DNA of 64,000 nt, taken from positions 559 to 64,558 of the forward strand of contig JAIENA010000185.1 in assembly GCA_019751755.1 (NCBI GenBank), written 5' to 3'. Source of the stretch: Burkholderiaceae bacterium. GTDB lineage: Bacteria > Pseudomonadota > Gammaproteobacteria > Burkholderiales > Burkholderiaceae_D. The position numbers and the translations under genes are program-made. Under the pieces are notes generated by a model, which ran no database searches, was not told where the DNA came from, and saw only the letters and a program-made list of their open reading frames with translations. Of the stretch, positions 1 through 8,832 are shown one piece after another (position 1 is the stretch's first letter; every line of letters begins with the position of its first letter).

Positions 1-579
1 CTCCTGGGCCGCACGGCGCGGATTGCATTTAATGCCGAAGACCCCGTCGCGGCGTTGGATCACGAAGGTTTCCACCTGGTGTTGAACCATCACTTCAGCG
101 CTCGCGAACGAGAGGACGTGCAGCGCCAGTTCGCGTACGGCGCTCCGCTCCTGGTGCGCACGGTTCGTCTTTTGCTCTCTCACGGCGAATTCGATGCAGC
201 CAAGCAGGCGATGGCGAGCTGGGAAGAGGCGGCCGCGCATGCGTACGCACTCTGGCGCAAAGGGCAGATGCCTCTGTCTCGCATGGAGAGCTTGGCGCAG
301 AGTGTCGAAGCGAGGGCCGGCGCTAGTCGAGTCCTTTCGAAGGTGTTCCCGAAGGCGCAAGAGCTGGTCAAATCGGTATGCAACTGGATCCGAGGTAGTG
401 GGGTCTCGCCTACCGACTTCCTGGCCAAGATCGTCCGCGCGCACAAGGAAGGCCAGCTTGCTGGCGAGATGGCGGCGGCGACGGACCTGCATGACGCCAT
501 GGACGCGCGCCAGCGCCAGGGCGACGATCTATACGAGTTGGCGCCCAGGGCAGGCATCCCCGAGCAAGCTTTCAACTGA
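1..579 (+). CDS. hypothetical protein, 5' end probably off-window
   Basis: Frame 1 is open from base 1 to the stop at 577-579; the listed ORF 55..579 only marks the first in-frame start. No motif recognised. Confidence 0.5.
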   Translation, partial: LLGRTARIAFNAEDPVAALDHEGFHLVLNHHFSAREREDVQRQFAYGAPLLVRTVRLLLSHGEFDAAKQAMASWEEAAAHAYALWRKGQMPLSRMESLAQSVEARAGASRVLSKVFPKAQELVKSVCNWIRGSGVSPTDFLAKIVRAHKEGQLAGEMAAATDLHDAMDARQRQGDDLYELAPRAGIPEQAFN

Positions 580-594
580 TGAAAGATACGACTT

Positions 595-1425
595 ATGCGC
601 ATTGAATTGAACAGGTTTGATAACCAGGGGGCTATCAGTATCTCGTTTGTCGAGCTAAGCCAGGAGGATATCCAGGAGATCGTGCAGCGCGCGCATGAGG
701 TCGCACGCCTGCGCCGAGAGGGGCGATCGCTGGACGCCGCCCTGGAGGGCCTGGACAGCGCGATGGTGAGCGCCCAGGTCATGGAGCCGGCCAGCACGAC
801 TGACCAAGCCAAAGCAAGCCTGCCGGCAATCGCCCAGATCGACGACGCATTTGCGGCCCTGCGCCGGTCGGTCAAGCCGTGCGAGCCTGCCGACGGGATC
901 GTGGCCGTGAGCCAGGCGGCATTGGACGCTGTGGGGGACGCGCTGCGTGCCGCCGTCGGCGGCGGCGGTGTATCTGCATGGAAGTGGAACAAAGTGGCCT
1001 TGCCAGGCGCAGAGGCGTACGACCTGAGCAAGGTGCTGGAGAAGATGTCGCACGCAGCAGCCCTGGGCGGTGCGCCCAGCGCGAAAGAGGCGATGGTGAA
1101 ATTCCCGCTCTTGTTCTGCCAAGCGTTTGCCCAGTTGGTCGATCAGGACGAGAAGGAGCTCCAACGTAATGCGCAAGCAACGACCATCGTCCACCTGGAT
1201 AATGGCGATGGCCAGTCGATGGTGTCGCTCGGCGCGCCGGTGGGCATGAGCGAACTGGATGTTCTTGCGGCCGTGCAGTCAGCGGTAGCCAGCGCGGGGA
1301 ATTACGAGAACATTCCGAAGCAGCTGATTGGAGCTGGCTTCGAGCAGATCGAGCAGATAACGGTCAGCCTTCCCCCGCCGGGTGATGAATTTGATCTAGA
1401 GCCAGAGTCCGAGGTGCCGCGCTGA
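595..1425 (+). CDS. hypothetical acidic protein
   Basis: 276-aa ORF, ATG 16 nt after the previous stop, coding-like composition. No motif recognised. Confidence 0.55.
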   Translation: MRIELNRFDNQGAISISFVELSQEDIQEIVQRAHEVARLRREGRSLDAALEGLDSAMVSAQVMEPASTTDQAKASLPAIAQIDDAFAALRRSVKPCEPADGIVAVSQAALDAVGDALRAAVGGGGVSAWKWNKVALPGAEAYDLSKVLEKMSHAAALGGAPSAKEAMVKFPLLFCQAFAQLVDQDEKELQRNAQATTIVHLDNGDGQSMVSLGAPVGMSELDVLAAVQSAVASAGNYENIPKQLIGAGFEQIEQITVSLPPPGDEFDLEPESEVPR

Positions 1426-1662
1426 TCGGCGCAAGTAGCATCACGTCCCTGGCCAGATCGGGTTTTTTCTCTCCGAGGTTCTGTCTCCAACGGTTTCAGG
1501 CGTCAGGTATCCGCCGCCACCTGGCGTGACGATGCGGACGATGTTCACCCGCTTTCAAGGTACCGTTGCCTTGGTCAAATGGCTCTGAGGCACGAGCGGG
1601 GCGAACATTCCGGATTGACCTTGCTTGCCCCGGTGTGGAGCAGTTCAAATCAGCAGTCTGGA

Positions 1663-1815
1663 TCAAGTTGGCGCCAGCGCCAACACACAGGTGCTGCCCT
1701 GGATTGAAAACGATGCATCTGTGTTGGGCTGTTTGGCTTCCATGATCAGCTGCCTGACTTCGGTCACGTGCTCCGGGTATTCAAGCTCGACGAATAGGTT
1801 CAACGACGCTTTCAT
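1663..1815 (-). CDS. small hypothetical protein (50 aa, MKASLNLFVELEYPEH...)
   Basis: Its ATG overlaps the TGA of the upstream HU-like gene (ATGA at 1812-1815), suggesting translational coupling. It is the inner part of listed ORF 1663..1848. Confidence 0.3.
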   Translation of the reverse strand: MKASLNLFVELEYPEHVTEVRQLIMEAKQPNTDASFSIQGSTCVLALAPT

Positions 1816-2405
1816 CCGCGGGTTAGCGGGAATGCTTGACGCAGCCATTCTTTCGCCGCTTTCTTGGTCGGCACGATAGCTTCATCAGGCGCGGCGCCAG
1901 CAGCCATCTGCATACAGCGGTACTGCCCGATGTCGTCCCGGTAGACAACCAGTTTTCCGCCAGTCCCTTCTGCTGTGCATGCTCTGCCGGCTTGCAGCGC
2001 GCGTTCGCCCGCAGAGAAGCTGTTGATGGGCACCACGTCATCGATGACGCCGGCGGCAATACCAGGGAGCCCCTCGATCGCGACGGAGGAAGTCTTCTCG
2101 GTACGTGTCGTAGGGCGGAACCTGATCCTCACATCTGCGGAGGTCCCGCGTTTCTTAACGACCTTGAGCGTGCCTTGGCCGAATAGGAAGACGGTCTCGC
2201 CGGCAGCCAGACTTTCGGCCATGCGCTGGCCGATCTCATCGAAGAACAGCAATCCTTTCTCCTGAGTCACGCCGAAGCGCGAAGACAACAGTTTGCCGAA
2301 CTCGCGCTTGTTAAATCCTGCGGCGCGTGCTTGGTCGGATACCAAGGTAGGGGCGAGTGATTCGCATTCGCGACAGTTTCGTTGCGTTGAACTGGAATTC
2401 GACAT
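1812..2405 (-). CDS. HU/IHF-like DNA-binding protein with long C-terminal extension
   Basis: N-terminal segment FNKREFGKLLSSRFGVTQEKGLLFFDEIGQRMAESLAAGETVFLFGQGTLKVVKKR resembles the HU/IHF fold signature. Start is ambiguous (ATG 2405 or TTG 2429). Confidence 0.5.
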   Translation of the reverse strand: MSNSSSTQRNCRECESLAPTLVSDQARAAGFNKREFGKLLSSRFGVTQEKGLLFFDEIGQRMAESLAAGETVFLFGQGTLKVVKKRGTSADVRIRFRPTTRTEKTSSVAIEGLPGIAAGVIDDVVPINSFSAGERALQAGRACTAEGTGGKLVVYRDDIGQYRCMQMAAGAAPDEAIVPTKKAAKEWLRQAFPLTRG

Positions 2406-2425
2406 AATTTTGACGTGACCTAGTA

Positions 2426-2872
2426 TCAAAGAGGAACGTCGCTTAGTCCCACCAGTACACCCTCAAGCGGGACAGGGAATCCCGGGTCGGTTGGCGGTGC
2501 GGAACCCAATGAATTCGATTCTGCCCGCGCGACTGGTGTGGGACAGTGGCCGAAGAGATTGCGGCTGGCCGGTGCGGCAGGCGATGGTATGTTGACGCCG
2601 CGCGCTATGCGCGAAACGCGGTCAGGTGCGGCGATCGCCACGTTCTGATGCGTCTCGCAGTCGTACTCCAGCTTCCCGCTTATGCTGATGACGTCTCCGG
2701 CTGCAAAGCCCGAGCCTTGGTGCGTTACGACCTTGATGAGAGCTGGGTCACGCAGTTGCACTGACACCAGACTTTTGACTGGTCCAGTGCCGCCAATGAC
2801 CAAAGTGAGGCCCCGAGTGTTGCTCATAATCCGTTCGATGCGGCCGACAGCAATAAAGGTGTTCTCGTTCAT
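2426..2872 (-). CDS. possible SSB-like OB-fold protein
   Basis: N-terminus MNENTFIAVGRIERI... followed by a Pro/Ala-rich linker and a C-terminal tip ...LSDVPL, reminiscent of SSB layout. Weak, by eye only. Confidence 0.35.
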   Translation of the reverse strand: MNENTFIAVGRIERIMSNTRGLTLVIGGTGPVKSLVSVQLRDPALIKVVTHQGSGFAAGDVISISGKLEYDCETHQNVAIAAPDRVSRIARGVNIPSPAAPASRNLFGHCPTPVARAESNSLGSAPPTDPGFPVPLEGVLVGLSDVPL

Positions 2873-2988
2873 AAAAATTTCTTTAGTTGTTACGTTTTAT
2901 TAGTATGGCACAAAAACGTTGCTATGCGCGTAGAAACGCAAAAAGCACAGGTTTACCTCGCGTTAGGTGAGGCCAGATACCTAACTTC

Positions 2989-3327
2989 ATGCGATTGACC
3001 GAGGTTACTGTTTGTGAAATCATCTTGCCAACGGACAATAATGCGTCCATTTTTTGTGGAGTTTCAGTGCCAGAGGTTGATCAAAACAGTGTCGACAGCG
3101 ACTTCGAAAGCGACTTCCAAGCCTACCTTCGGCAGAAGGCGCTGAACGCTGCTTTGACGACATCAGCCGTGATCTCGAGTATCTGGTTTGCGGTCGGAGT
3201 CGTTGTCCTGGGCGTGGGGATTTTGGCGCAGCCTGCTGCAGATACGGTTGGCATGGACCCCGCCGGTCGCGAGCATCGGCTTTCAGTAATGACGATACCT
3301 ACTCAGGCACCAGGAGCAAAGCGATAA
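2989..3327 (+). CDS. small membrane protein, first gene of the T4SS run
   Basis: One hydrophobic helix (VISSIWFAVGVVVLGVGILA). Its stop overlaps the next ATG (TAATG at 3325-3329). Confidence 0.4.
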   Translation: MRLTEVTVCEIILPTDNNASIFCGVSVPEVDQNSVDSDFESDFQAYLRQKALNAALTTSAVISSIWFAVGVVVLGVGILAQPAADTVGMDPAGREHRLSVMTIPTQAPGAKR

Positions 3328-3992
3328 TGTCAAATCAGCAACAGACGGCAGATTTGTTTGGGATCGACCTGCACGCCGAGGTCACGCGTCTGCGCACACT
3401 GAACGGCAAACTGGCCAGCGGTATTGTCGTTGCAGCTCTCGCCGGCACCATAGGGCTCGTCGTAGGCATCGCCGGGATGACGCATAAGCCGGAACGCGAG
3501 CGCATCGCACTAGATGCGAACGGTCGAGCCTATCCGGTCCTGCCGCTGACCAAAGGCGATCCTCCTGACGCTCGCATCACTAGGATGGCAGGCGACTGCA
3601 TGAACTCCCTCTTCAATCACGCGTTTCACAATTATCAAACAACCGTCGAGCGAGCCATCGGCGAGTGCTTTACCGGCGGTGGTAGCGAATCGGTACGCAA
3701 GGTCATGGAGCCATTCCTGGAAAAGATGAAGAAAGACGATGTGAACCTGTCCGGTAGCTTTGTCATTCAGCCTTTCATCAACACTCGCAGCGTTATGGGC
3801 AGCGGAGCAGGAGCGCGAAACGTTTTCCATATCCAGGGTGTGATCGATATCGGGTATCGCGGCGGCAAAGCCAATACCACCTCGCGCCCTGTGCCCTATG
3901 CATTCCAGAGCGATCTTGTGCGAGTGTCGTACGATTCGCATATCGAAGGATTGCGTCTTCAAAACGTCGTCCTGGTCCCGTGGCAGCCATAA
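3327..3992 (+). CDS. icmL: IcmL/DotI (TraM)-family type IVB secretion protein
   Basis: About 220 aa with a single N-terminal TM segment (IVVAALAGTIGLVVGIAGM) then a periplasmic domain. It heads an icmL-K-E-G-C-D-J-B syntenic run. Confidence 0.55.
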   Translation: MSNQQQTADLFGIDLHAEVTRLRTLNGKLASGIVVAALAGTIGLVVGIAGMTHKPERERIALDANGRAYPVLPLTKGDPPDARITRMAGDCMNSLFNHAFHNYQTTVERAIGECFTGGGSESVRKVMEPFLEKMKKDDVNLSGSFVIQPFINTRSVMGSGAGARNVFHIQGVIDIGYRGGKANTTSRPVPYAFQSDLVRVSYDSHIEGLRLQNVVLVPWQP

Positions 3993-4031
3993 GCCGACCA
4001 GCCTTGCAGTAGAAGAAAGGAAGTATCACGG

Positions 4032-4316
4032 ATGAATATTGAAACAAAGGTGCTGAGCGATGCAGAGCTCGAGGCACTGCTGGCCGGGGACGAAGCCACG
4101 GTTATCGAACTGTGCCAGATCGAGCATGAGCGAGTGCTGCAGAAGCACCCGCAATTCGCCGAATGGATCGAGGACATTGATCCCTACATCTGTCCGCGAC
4201 AAGAGCTCATAGACGCATTGCGCACGTCGCCAAACGGCTTTGTCCGCCAATACCTGTATTCCATCTTCGCATTCCGCCAGAGCATCAATCTCGTGGCCGG
4301 TCGCAGCTTCTACTGA
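4032..4316 (+). CDS. hypothetical protein carrying a ~60-aa HPxFAxWIxxIDP...RQ domain
   Basis: 94-aa ORF. Its domain recurs twice in ORF 55081..55683 (see findings). Confidence 0.5.
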   Translation: MNIETKVLSDAELEALLAGDEATVIELCQIEHERVLQKHPQFAEWIEDIDPYICPRQELIDALRTSPNGFVRQYLYSIFAFRQSINLVAGRSFY

Positions 4317-4325
4317 GAGAATCCC

Positions 4326-5465
4326 ATGAAGTTAAAAGCGTCAGTTGTGGCTTTTTCTGCCTGTATTTGTTCTGTTGTATGCGCACAAAACGCGCCTATA
4401 AAGCCTGCTGATCATTTGGCGACTGCGCAACGCAAAGGTGCTGTCATCGAAAACTTTCCGACCCGCGAACAAGCACAGCAAAGCTGGCAGAAAGCAGAGC
4501 CGCCAGTGACCAGTTCCGTCGCGAACGGACCATCGACCAGCATCGGCCCGGGAAGCTCGTCACCAGCCGGCTCGACCAAGGGGGCCGGCCACGTATCCGG
4601 CCGCGAACTCCCCGATCCCAAGCTACCTGCCAAGGTCGACGATGCCGCCGAGGCTACCGAGCGCGTGTCGCCCATGAGTCCGGCCGAGATCCGTAAGTTC
4701 GCGGAGGCGATGGCCGCAAGTGCTCGGGCGATGGCTGAGGTCCCAGGCGGGCCGTACACGGTGCGCGGAAGCCGAATTATGCCGATAAGCTTCGAGCCGA
4801 ATTCCAAGCCAGGAACGGTCGAGGTTGCGCTCAACCTCGGCGCACTGCTCACGTTTGTTGATCGCTCTGGCACGCCACTGATTGTCGACGGCGCCAAAAG
4901 CTTCGCGAACACCTTTAGCGTTGGCGTGCTGTCGACAGATGAGGTGAGGGAACGCGGTTCGTCGACCGTCGAGGTAACAGCTCAGGCGCTCAGCGGCACC
5001 GGCAACATGATGGTCCGCCTCGTGGGTGTCCCCAACCCGGTCCTGATGCAAGTCCGTGTTGGCAGCGAGAACAAAACCGTGGACAGCGTTATCCAGGTTG
5101 TCGTGCCGGTGCTGAGCGCGGCGAAGAGCGTGCTTCCAGGTGATCGCCTCGAAGCCGACGGCGGCACTCAAGTCGGCGAAATGCAGGGCTTCCTGATGGG
5201 CATTCCTCCTGAAGGCGCTGTGGACGTGAAAGTGAGCCAGGTCGCCTCGACATCCGCATGGATGTGGCGTGGCCACCTCTACGTCCGAACGCCGCACACC
5301 ATCTTTAGCCCTGGCTGGTTCAAGCGTCAGGCAGCCGTTGATGGCACTGCTGTCTACAAGCTTCCTTACACGTCCCTTGTCCGCATGGGTGTGGACGGAA
5401 GCGAAGTGAGTGCCGTCATGGAGCTGCCCTATATCCCGCCAGTTGCGAGCGCTGCACGAAAATAA
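4326..5465 (+). CDS. IcmK/DotH (TraN)-like outer-membrane T4SS component, by position
   Basis: Signal peptide MKLKASVVAFSACICSVVCA, Pro/Ser-rich linker, beta-rich C-terminal part. It lies between the icmL-like and icmE-like genes. Confidence 0.45.
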   Translation: MKLKASVVAFSACICSVVCAQNAPIKPADHLATAQRKGAVIENFPTREQAQQSWQKAEPPVTSSVANGPSTSIGPGSSSPAGSTKGAGHVSGRELPDPKLPAKVDDAAEATERVSPMSPAEIRKFAEAMAASARAMAEVPGGPYTVRGSRIMPISFEPNSKPGTVEVALNLGALLTFVDRSGTPLIVDGAKSFANTFSVGVLSTDEVRERGSSTVEVTAQALSGTGNMMVRLVGVPNPVLMQVRVGSENKTVDSVIQVVVPVLSAAKSVLPGDRLEADGGTQVGEMQGFLMGIPPEGAVDVKVSQVASTSAWMWRGHLYVRTPHTIFSPGWFKRQAAVDGTAVYKLPYTSLVRMGVDGSEVSAVMELPYIPPVASAARK

Positions 5466-5479
5466 AAAGCAAAGGAAAC

Positions 5480-6778
5480 TTGATGGAACCGAACGACAAC
5501 GACCTGCAAGGTGCAATACCGACATCGAGCAACTCCATCGGCGGAGGCGCCGCGCCTGCGCCAGCAAAGCCGCGTTGGGATCCGAAGGGTAAGCGAAACA
5601 TGATGATCGTCGGCGGCGTCGTCGGCACGGCCCTCCTGCTGCTCGTCCTGCTGTTCGCTGGCGGTGGAAATCGCGAAGTGAGTAAGCCTTCATCGATCGT
5701 CCAGGTAGCAGCAGATCAACCGGTAGCTGCCGGGATGTTGAGCCAGGCGGATCGGGATGCCCTTAAAGCACAGGAAAACGCGCGAATTGCTGCTGCATTG
5801 AGTGGTGGCCAGAGTGCCGTTGGCACGCAAGTCGGTGCTGGCGCCACGACGGTTCAGACCTCAGTACATCAGCAGGCCAACGGGCCTTTGACCCAGCAGG
5901 GGGAGGTACGCCTCGATCAGCGTGGGCAACAGGCGCAGCAGCAGACGTCGCAAGCCGCTCCGCAGCAGCCAGATGGTTCGAGCGAGGCGAAATCTAAGGG
6001 GCTTGAATCGCAAATGCAACGCGTGATGATGGCGTGGGGTATGGGGGCTGACAATGGCGCCCAGCGTGGAAACTCGACATACGTCCGTGAGGTGGCAAGA
6101 AGCGGCCCTGCGGCGGTCGGGAATCAGCCGGCGCAGCAGGGCAGTGGTGGTGGCTCGAATCAGCGTCCTGCAAATGACGTGATGGTCGTGAAAGCATACG
6201 ATCAACCCTATGCGGCCGAAATGTTGAGCGCTACTGACTCGGATACTCCTGGCAAGCTACGAGCTCGCATATCGAGTGGTCCGCTGGCAGGCGCTGTCGT
6301 GGTCGGCGTAGCAAGGCGGATCGGTGATCAGGGTTTCCAGGCTGACTTTACCACCGCATCGATCAATGGCCGCACCATCAAGGTCAGTGCCTATGCTGTC
6401 GACGGCGAGGTGTCCGGCGATCTGGTCCGTGGAGACTACGATGGTCGGTATATGCAGCGATACGTATTCCCTGTGCTGGCGGAAGGAGTCAAGGCCTACG
6501 CCGGCGCGCGTGCACAAGTGGGGACAACCGTGATCGCTATCCCGGTTCCTGGCGCCGGCGGCGTTGTGACTGGAGGCCAGCAGACGCCTCCTCCGACAGC
6601 CGAGCAGGCGCGAAACGCCATGTATTCGTCTGGCGCCGGCCAAGTATCGCGCGCGCTCGCGACCGGACCGCAGGACGGGCATGTCATGCTCGCGGCCGGC
6701 ACCCAGATAGGTATCGTCTTCGAAGAGTCGATCTATCAATCCGATATCCCTGGCCCAACTCGCCAGACCAGCAAATAA
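5480..6778 (+). CDS. icmE: IcmE/DotG (TraO), VirB10/TrbI-like T4SS core protein
   Basis: N-terminal TM (MMIVGGVVGTALLLLVLLFAGG), Gln/Ala-rich linker, and a C-terminal TrbI/VirB10-like block (YDQPYAAEMLSATDSDTPGKLRARISSGPLAGAVVVG...). Confidence 0.55.
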   Translation: MMEPNDNDLQGAIPTSSNSIGGGAAPAPAKPRWDPKGKRNMMIVGGVVGTALLLLVLLFAGGGNREVSKPSSIVQVAADQPVAAGMLSQADRDALKAQENARIAAALSGGQSAVGTQVGAGATTVQTSVHQQANGPLTQQGEVRLDQRGQQAQQQTSQAAPQQPDGSSEAKSKGLESQMQRVMMAWGMGADNGAQRGNSTYVREVARSGPAAVGNQPAQQGSGGGSNQRPANDVMVVKAYDQPYAAEMLSATDSDTPGKLRARISSGPLAGAVVVGVARRIGDQGFQADFTTASINGRTIKVSAYAVDGEVSGDLVRGDYDGRYMQRYVFPVLAEGVKAYAGARAQVGTTVIAIPVPGAGGVVTGGQQTPPPTAEQARNAMYSSGAGQVSRALATGPQDGHVMLAAGTQIGIVFEESIYQSDIPGPTRQTSK

Positions 6779-6791
6779 GAAAGGGCACCAC

Positions 6792-7841
6792 ATGACTAGC
6801 ACAGGCTTTTACGGCGATCAGGCAGAACCGACGTTCGGTGAACAAATGGACCCGCTGGGCACTGCCAAGCCAGCTGAGTTCGCAGCGGAAAAGCCTGCGT
6901 CCCCAGCATCGCTCAACATTGGCAAGACGAATGTAGCGAAAAAAATGTCAACAAGGAAGAAAGTAGCATTCGGCGCTGGCGGTGTCCTCCTGGCCTTCCT
7001 GGCTTTGGTGGTCATCCTCGACTCGGCGCAACCCACGGTCAATGCGTCGCCGAAACCTCAAGCTGCGACTCCAGCGCCGGCGAATCCTGGTCAGATGATG
7101 GGGGCCGAAGTAGCCAGCGGAGCAACCGTGATGGGAGGTACTCCGACGTCGGCCGCAGCAGCGTCGCCGGCGATGCCAGATGTTGCTGACCAGTCGAAGG
7201 TAGCGGTGCCCGCGCCGGCACAGGCAACCCAGGCACCGACTTCCGCTCCAGTTGCACCTATGCCGAGCTCCGCACAAGTTGCGGCTACGGCAATCGCGTT
7301 AGCCCAGACGGCTCCAGCGGCCCCGGCGGCAGGGGCTGCAGCTGCGCCAGCAACACCTGCTGCAGCATCGCTAGCAGCGGCCACTCAAACCGCCAGAATT
7401 ACACCGTCTTCCAAGTCGAATGGTAAAGCCCAATCGGGCGAAAAAACCGAAGCCCCAAGCGTGACGCCCGAGCAGCTGGCATTGCGCGTCGCTGTTCTGG
7501 AGCGTCGCTTGGCTCGATACGAACGTGGCGACGCCCAAGAGCGCGCTCGCATTGTAAAAGAAGCGGTGGCCCGGACGAAGCCCGCCACTAGCGAAAAAGT
7601 TCTGCCGGTCGCGCAGCCGTTCGTGGAAGTGAAAAAGCCGGTGGTGCTGGAGAATGACTCGGTGCGGGTCGTTGGCATGTCGACGCATCACGGCGTGACA
7701 AGCGCGTTGGTGGACTACGGCGGGGTCAAGAAGCGCGTCGCGCAAGGTGACTCGATTCCAGGCCTGGGCACAGTCCAGGCAGTCGCGGCTGACGCTGCCG
7801 GAAATGTCGTAGTTGAGATCAACGGCGTTCGTTACCAATAA
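6792..7841 (+). CDS. IcmG/DotF (TraP)-like bitopic membrane protein, by position
   Basis: TM helix (VAFGAGGVLLAFLALVVIL), long Ala/Pro-rich linker, coiled segment and a small beta-rich C-terminal domain. Confidence 0.35.
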   Translation: MTSTGFYGDQAEPTFGEQMDPLGTAKPAEFAAEKPASPASLNIGKTNVAKKMSTRKKVAFGAGGVLLAFLALVVILDSAQPTVNASPKPQAATPAPANPGQMMGAEVASGATVMGGTPTSAAAASPAMPDVADQSKVAVPAPAQATQAPTSAPVAPMPSSAQVAATAIALAQTAPAAPAAGAAAAPATPAAASLAAATQTARITPSSKSNGKAQSGEKTEAPSVTPEQLALRVAVLERRLARYERGDAQERARIVKEAVARTKPATSEKVLPVAQPFVEVKKPVVLENDSVRVVGMSTHHGVTSALVDYGGVKKRVAQGDSIPGLGTVQAVAADAAGNVVVEINGVRYQ

Positions 7842-7859
7842 GCTCAGGGAGCGCTGAAC

Positions 7860-8363
7860 ATGGACCTCAATGCATTGCTGGCCTCGTTCTACACGGGCGC
7901 CCAAATTGTCAGGGAGTTCGCAATCGCACTGTGCTCGCTCACCTTGGGCTGGTACTTGGTCGGTAACGCGGCGTATCGGATGACAAGATGGGGCGACCCG
8001 CGCCGAACATACGGCTGGGCCTCAGTGTCTGCGAGGTTCATCGTCGGGACCTTCTTCATCAACGCGAATGCCTATATCAACATGCAGGTGCTGACGTGGA
8101 CCGGGCAGGCTATGCCGTCAACGAACTCGATGTCGGTGATGCCGGGTGGTGGAGACAGCGTGCCGAAGATGATCTTCCAGTGCGTTCTTGCGTGGCTGGC
8201 CACCCTCGGTGTCCTCGCCATCATTAAGGGCACCCGTTTGATTGTGAAGGCCAACGATGGTGGCCCCTCGCAAGTCGAAGACCCAGGCTGGACTGCTGCG
8301 GTATTCATCGTCGCGGGAGCATTTGGAATCAATTTATGGCGATTCGTTGCACCTCTAATTTGA
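7860..8363 (+). CDS. polytopic inner-membrane protein, IcmC/DotE (TraQ)-like by position
   Basis: 167 aa with about 4 hydrophobic helices. Confidence 0.35.
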   Translation: MDLNALLASFYTGAQIVREFAIALCSLTLGWYLVGNAAYRMTRWGDPRRTYGWASVSARFIVGTFFINANAYINMQVLTWTGQAMPSTNSMSVMPGGGDSVPKMIFQCVLAWLATLGVLAIIKGTRLIVKANDGGPSQVEDPGWTAAVFIVAGAFGINLWRFVAPLI

Positions 8364-8365
8364 GC

Positions 8366-8397
8366 TTGCAACCACGCAAAACGAATTCGGTTATACA
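8366..8397 (+). promoter_or_regulatory. box promoter A: TTGCAACCACGCA-N13-TATACA
   Basis: Box at 8366-8378 and -10-like hexamer at 8392-8397, 46 nt upstream of ATG 8443. Confidence 0.5.
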
Positions 8398-8442
8398 CCG
8401 GGTATGTAGTTTTAATCACTTAAACAAAAGGGAATTCCTTCC

Positions 8443-8826
8443 ATGAAAATCTCAAAACAAACTCTGCAACTCGCACTGCCGCTCTTCGCAATGGGTCTTA
8501 TAGTTGCATGCCCCGCGCATGCGGCAGGAACTGCAGATATTTTTGATCGCCTGTCGGCGATCACGGGCAAGCTGCCGGTTGTCAAAACAGCACTGATTTA
8601 CCTGTTCTTCCTGCTTGGCCTGGGCGCCATCGGCTGGGGCGGGATGGAGGCGCTCAAGAAGTCGAAAGGCCGGGATGGCGGTGATGTGACTTGGTCAAGT
8701 GTCGGCATCAAGATCGCTGCCGGCGCATTCCTTGTCGCCATTACTACGACTACCGACATCTTCACCCAAACCTTCGTCGGTACTTCGGCGTCGAGCACTC
8801 CGACCAACTCGACCAACGTACAGTAA
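8443..8826 (+). CDS. small membrane protein, IcmD/DotP (TraR)-like by position
   Basis: Signal/TM segment plus two further hydrophobic helices. 127 aa. Confidence 0.35.
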   Translation: MKISKQTLQLALPLFAMGLIVACPAHAAGTADIFDRLSAITGKLPVVKTALIYLFFLLGLGAIGWGGMEALKKSKGRDGGDVTWSSVGIKIAAGAFLVAITTTTDIFTQTFVGTSASSTPTNSTNVQ

Positions 8827-8832
8827 ATCGCG

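Noticed and set aside
180-1031. 283-aa minus-strand ORF overlapping ORFs <1..579 and 595..1425.
   Set aside because: The composition is Ala/Ser/Arg/Pro-rich, typical of an antisense frame in high-GC DNA. The sense-strand ORFs are tightly spaced and look more protein-like.
2906-2922. TGGCAC...TTGC resembling a sigma-54 -24/-12 promoter.
   Set aside because: GG and GC are 14 nt apart (start to start) instead of the canonical 12, so the spacing is wrong.
4623-5693. 356-aa minus-strand ORF antisense to the icmK-like gene. Similar long antisense ORFs occur at 15685..16635, 20948..22192, 29953..31044, 46372..47277, 59311..60252 and 60881..61660.
   Set aside because: All lie fully inside better-supported genes with recognisable motifs on the other strand. 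They have Arg/His/Gly-rich, low-information translations, which is the expected open antisense frame of GC-rich coding DNA.
6792-7841. Ala/Pro-rich repetitive stretch (about 7080-7390) that might be a DNA tandem repeat.
   Set aside because: It is low-complexity at the protein level only. I could not find a repeating nucleotide unit.
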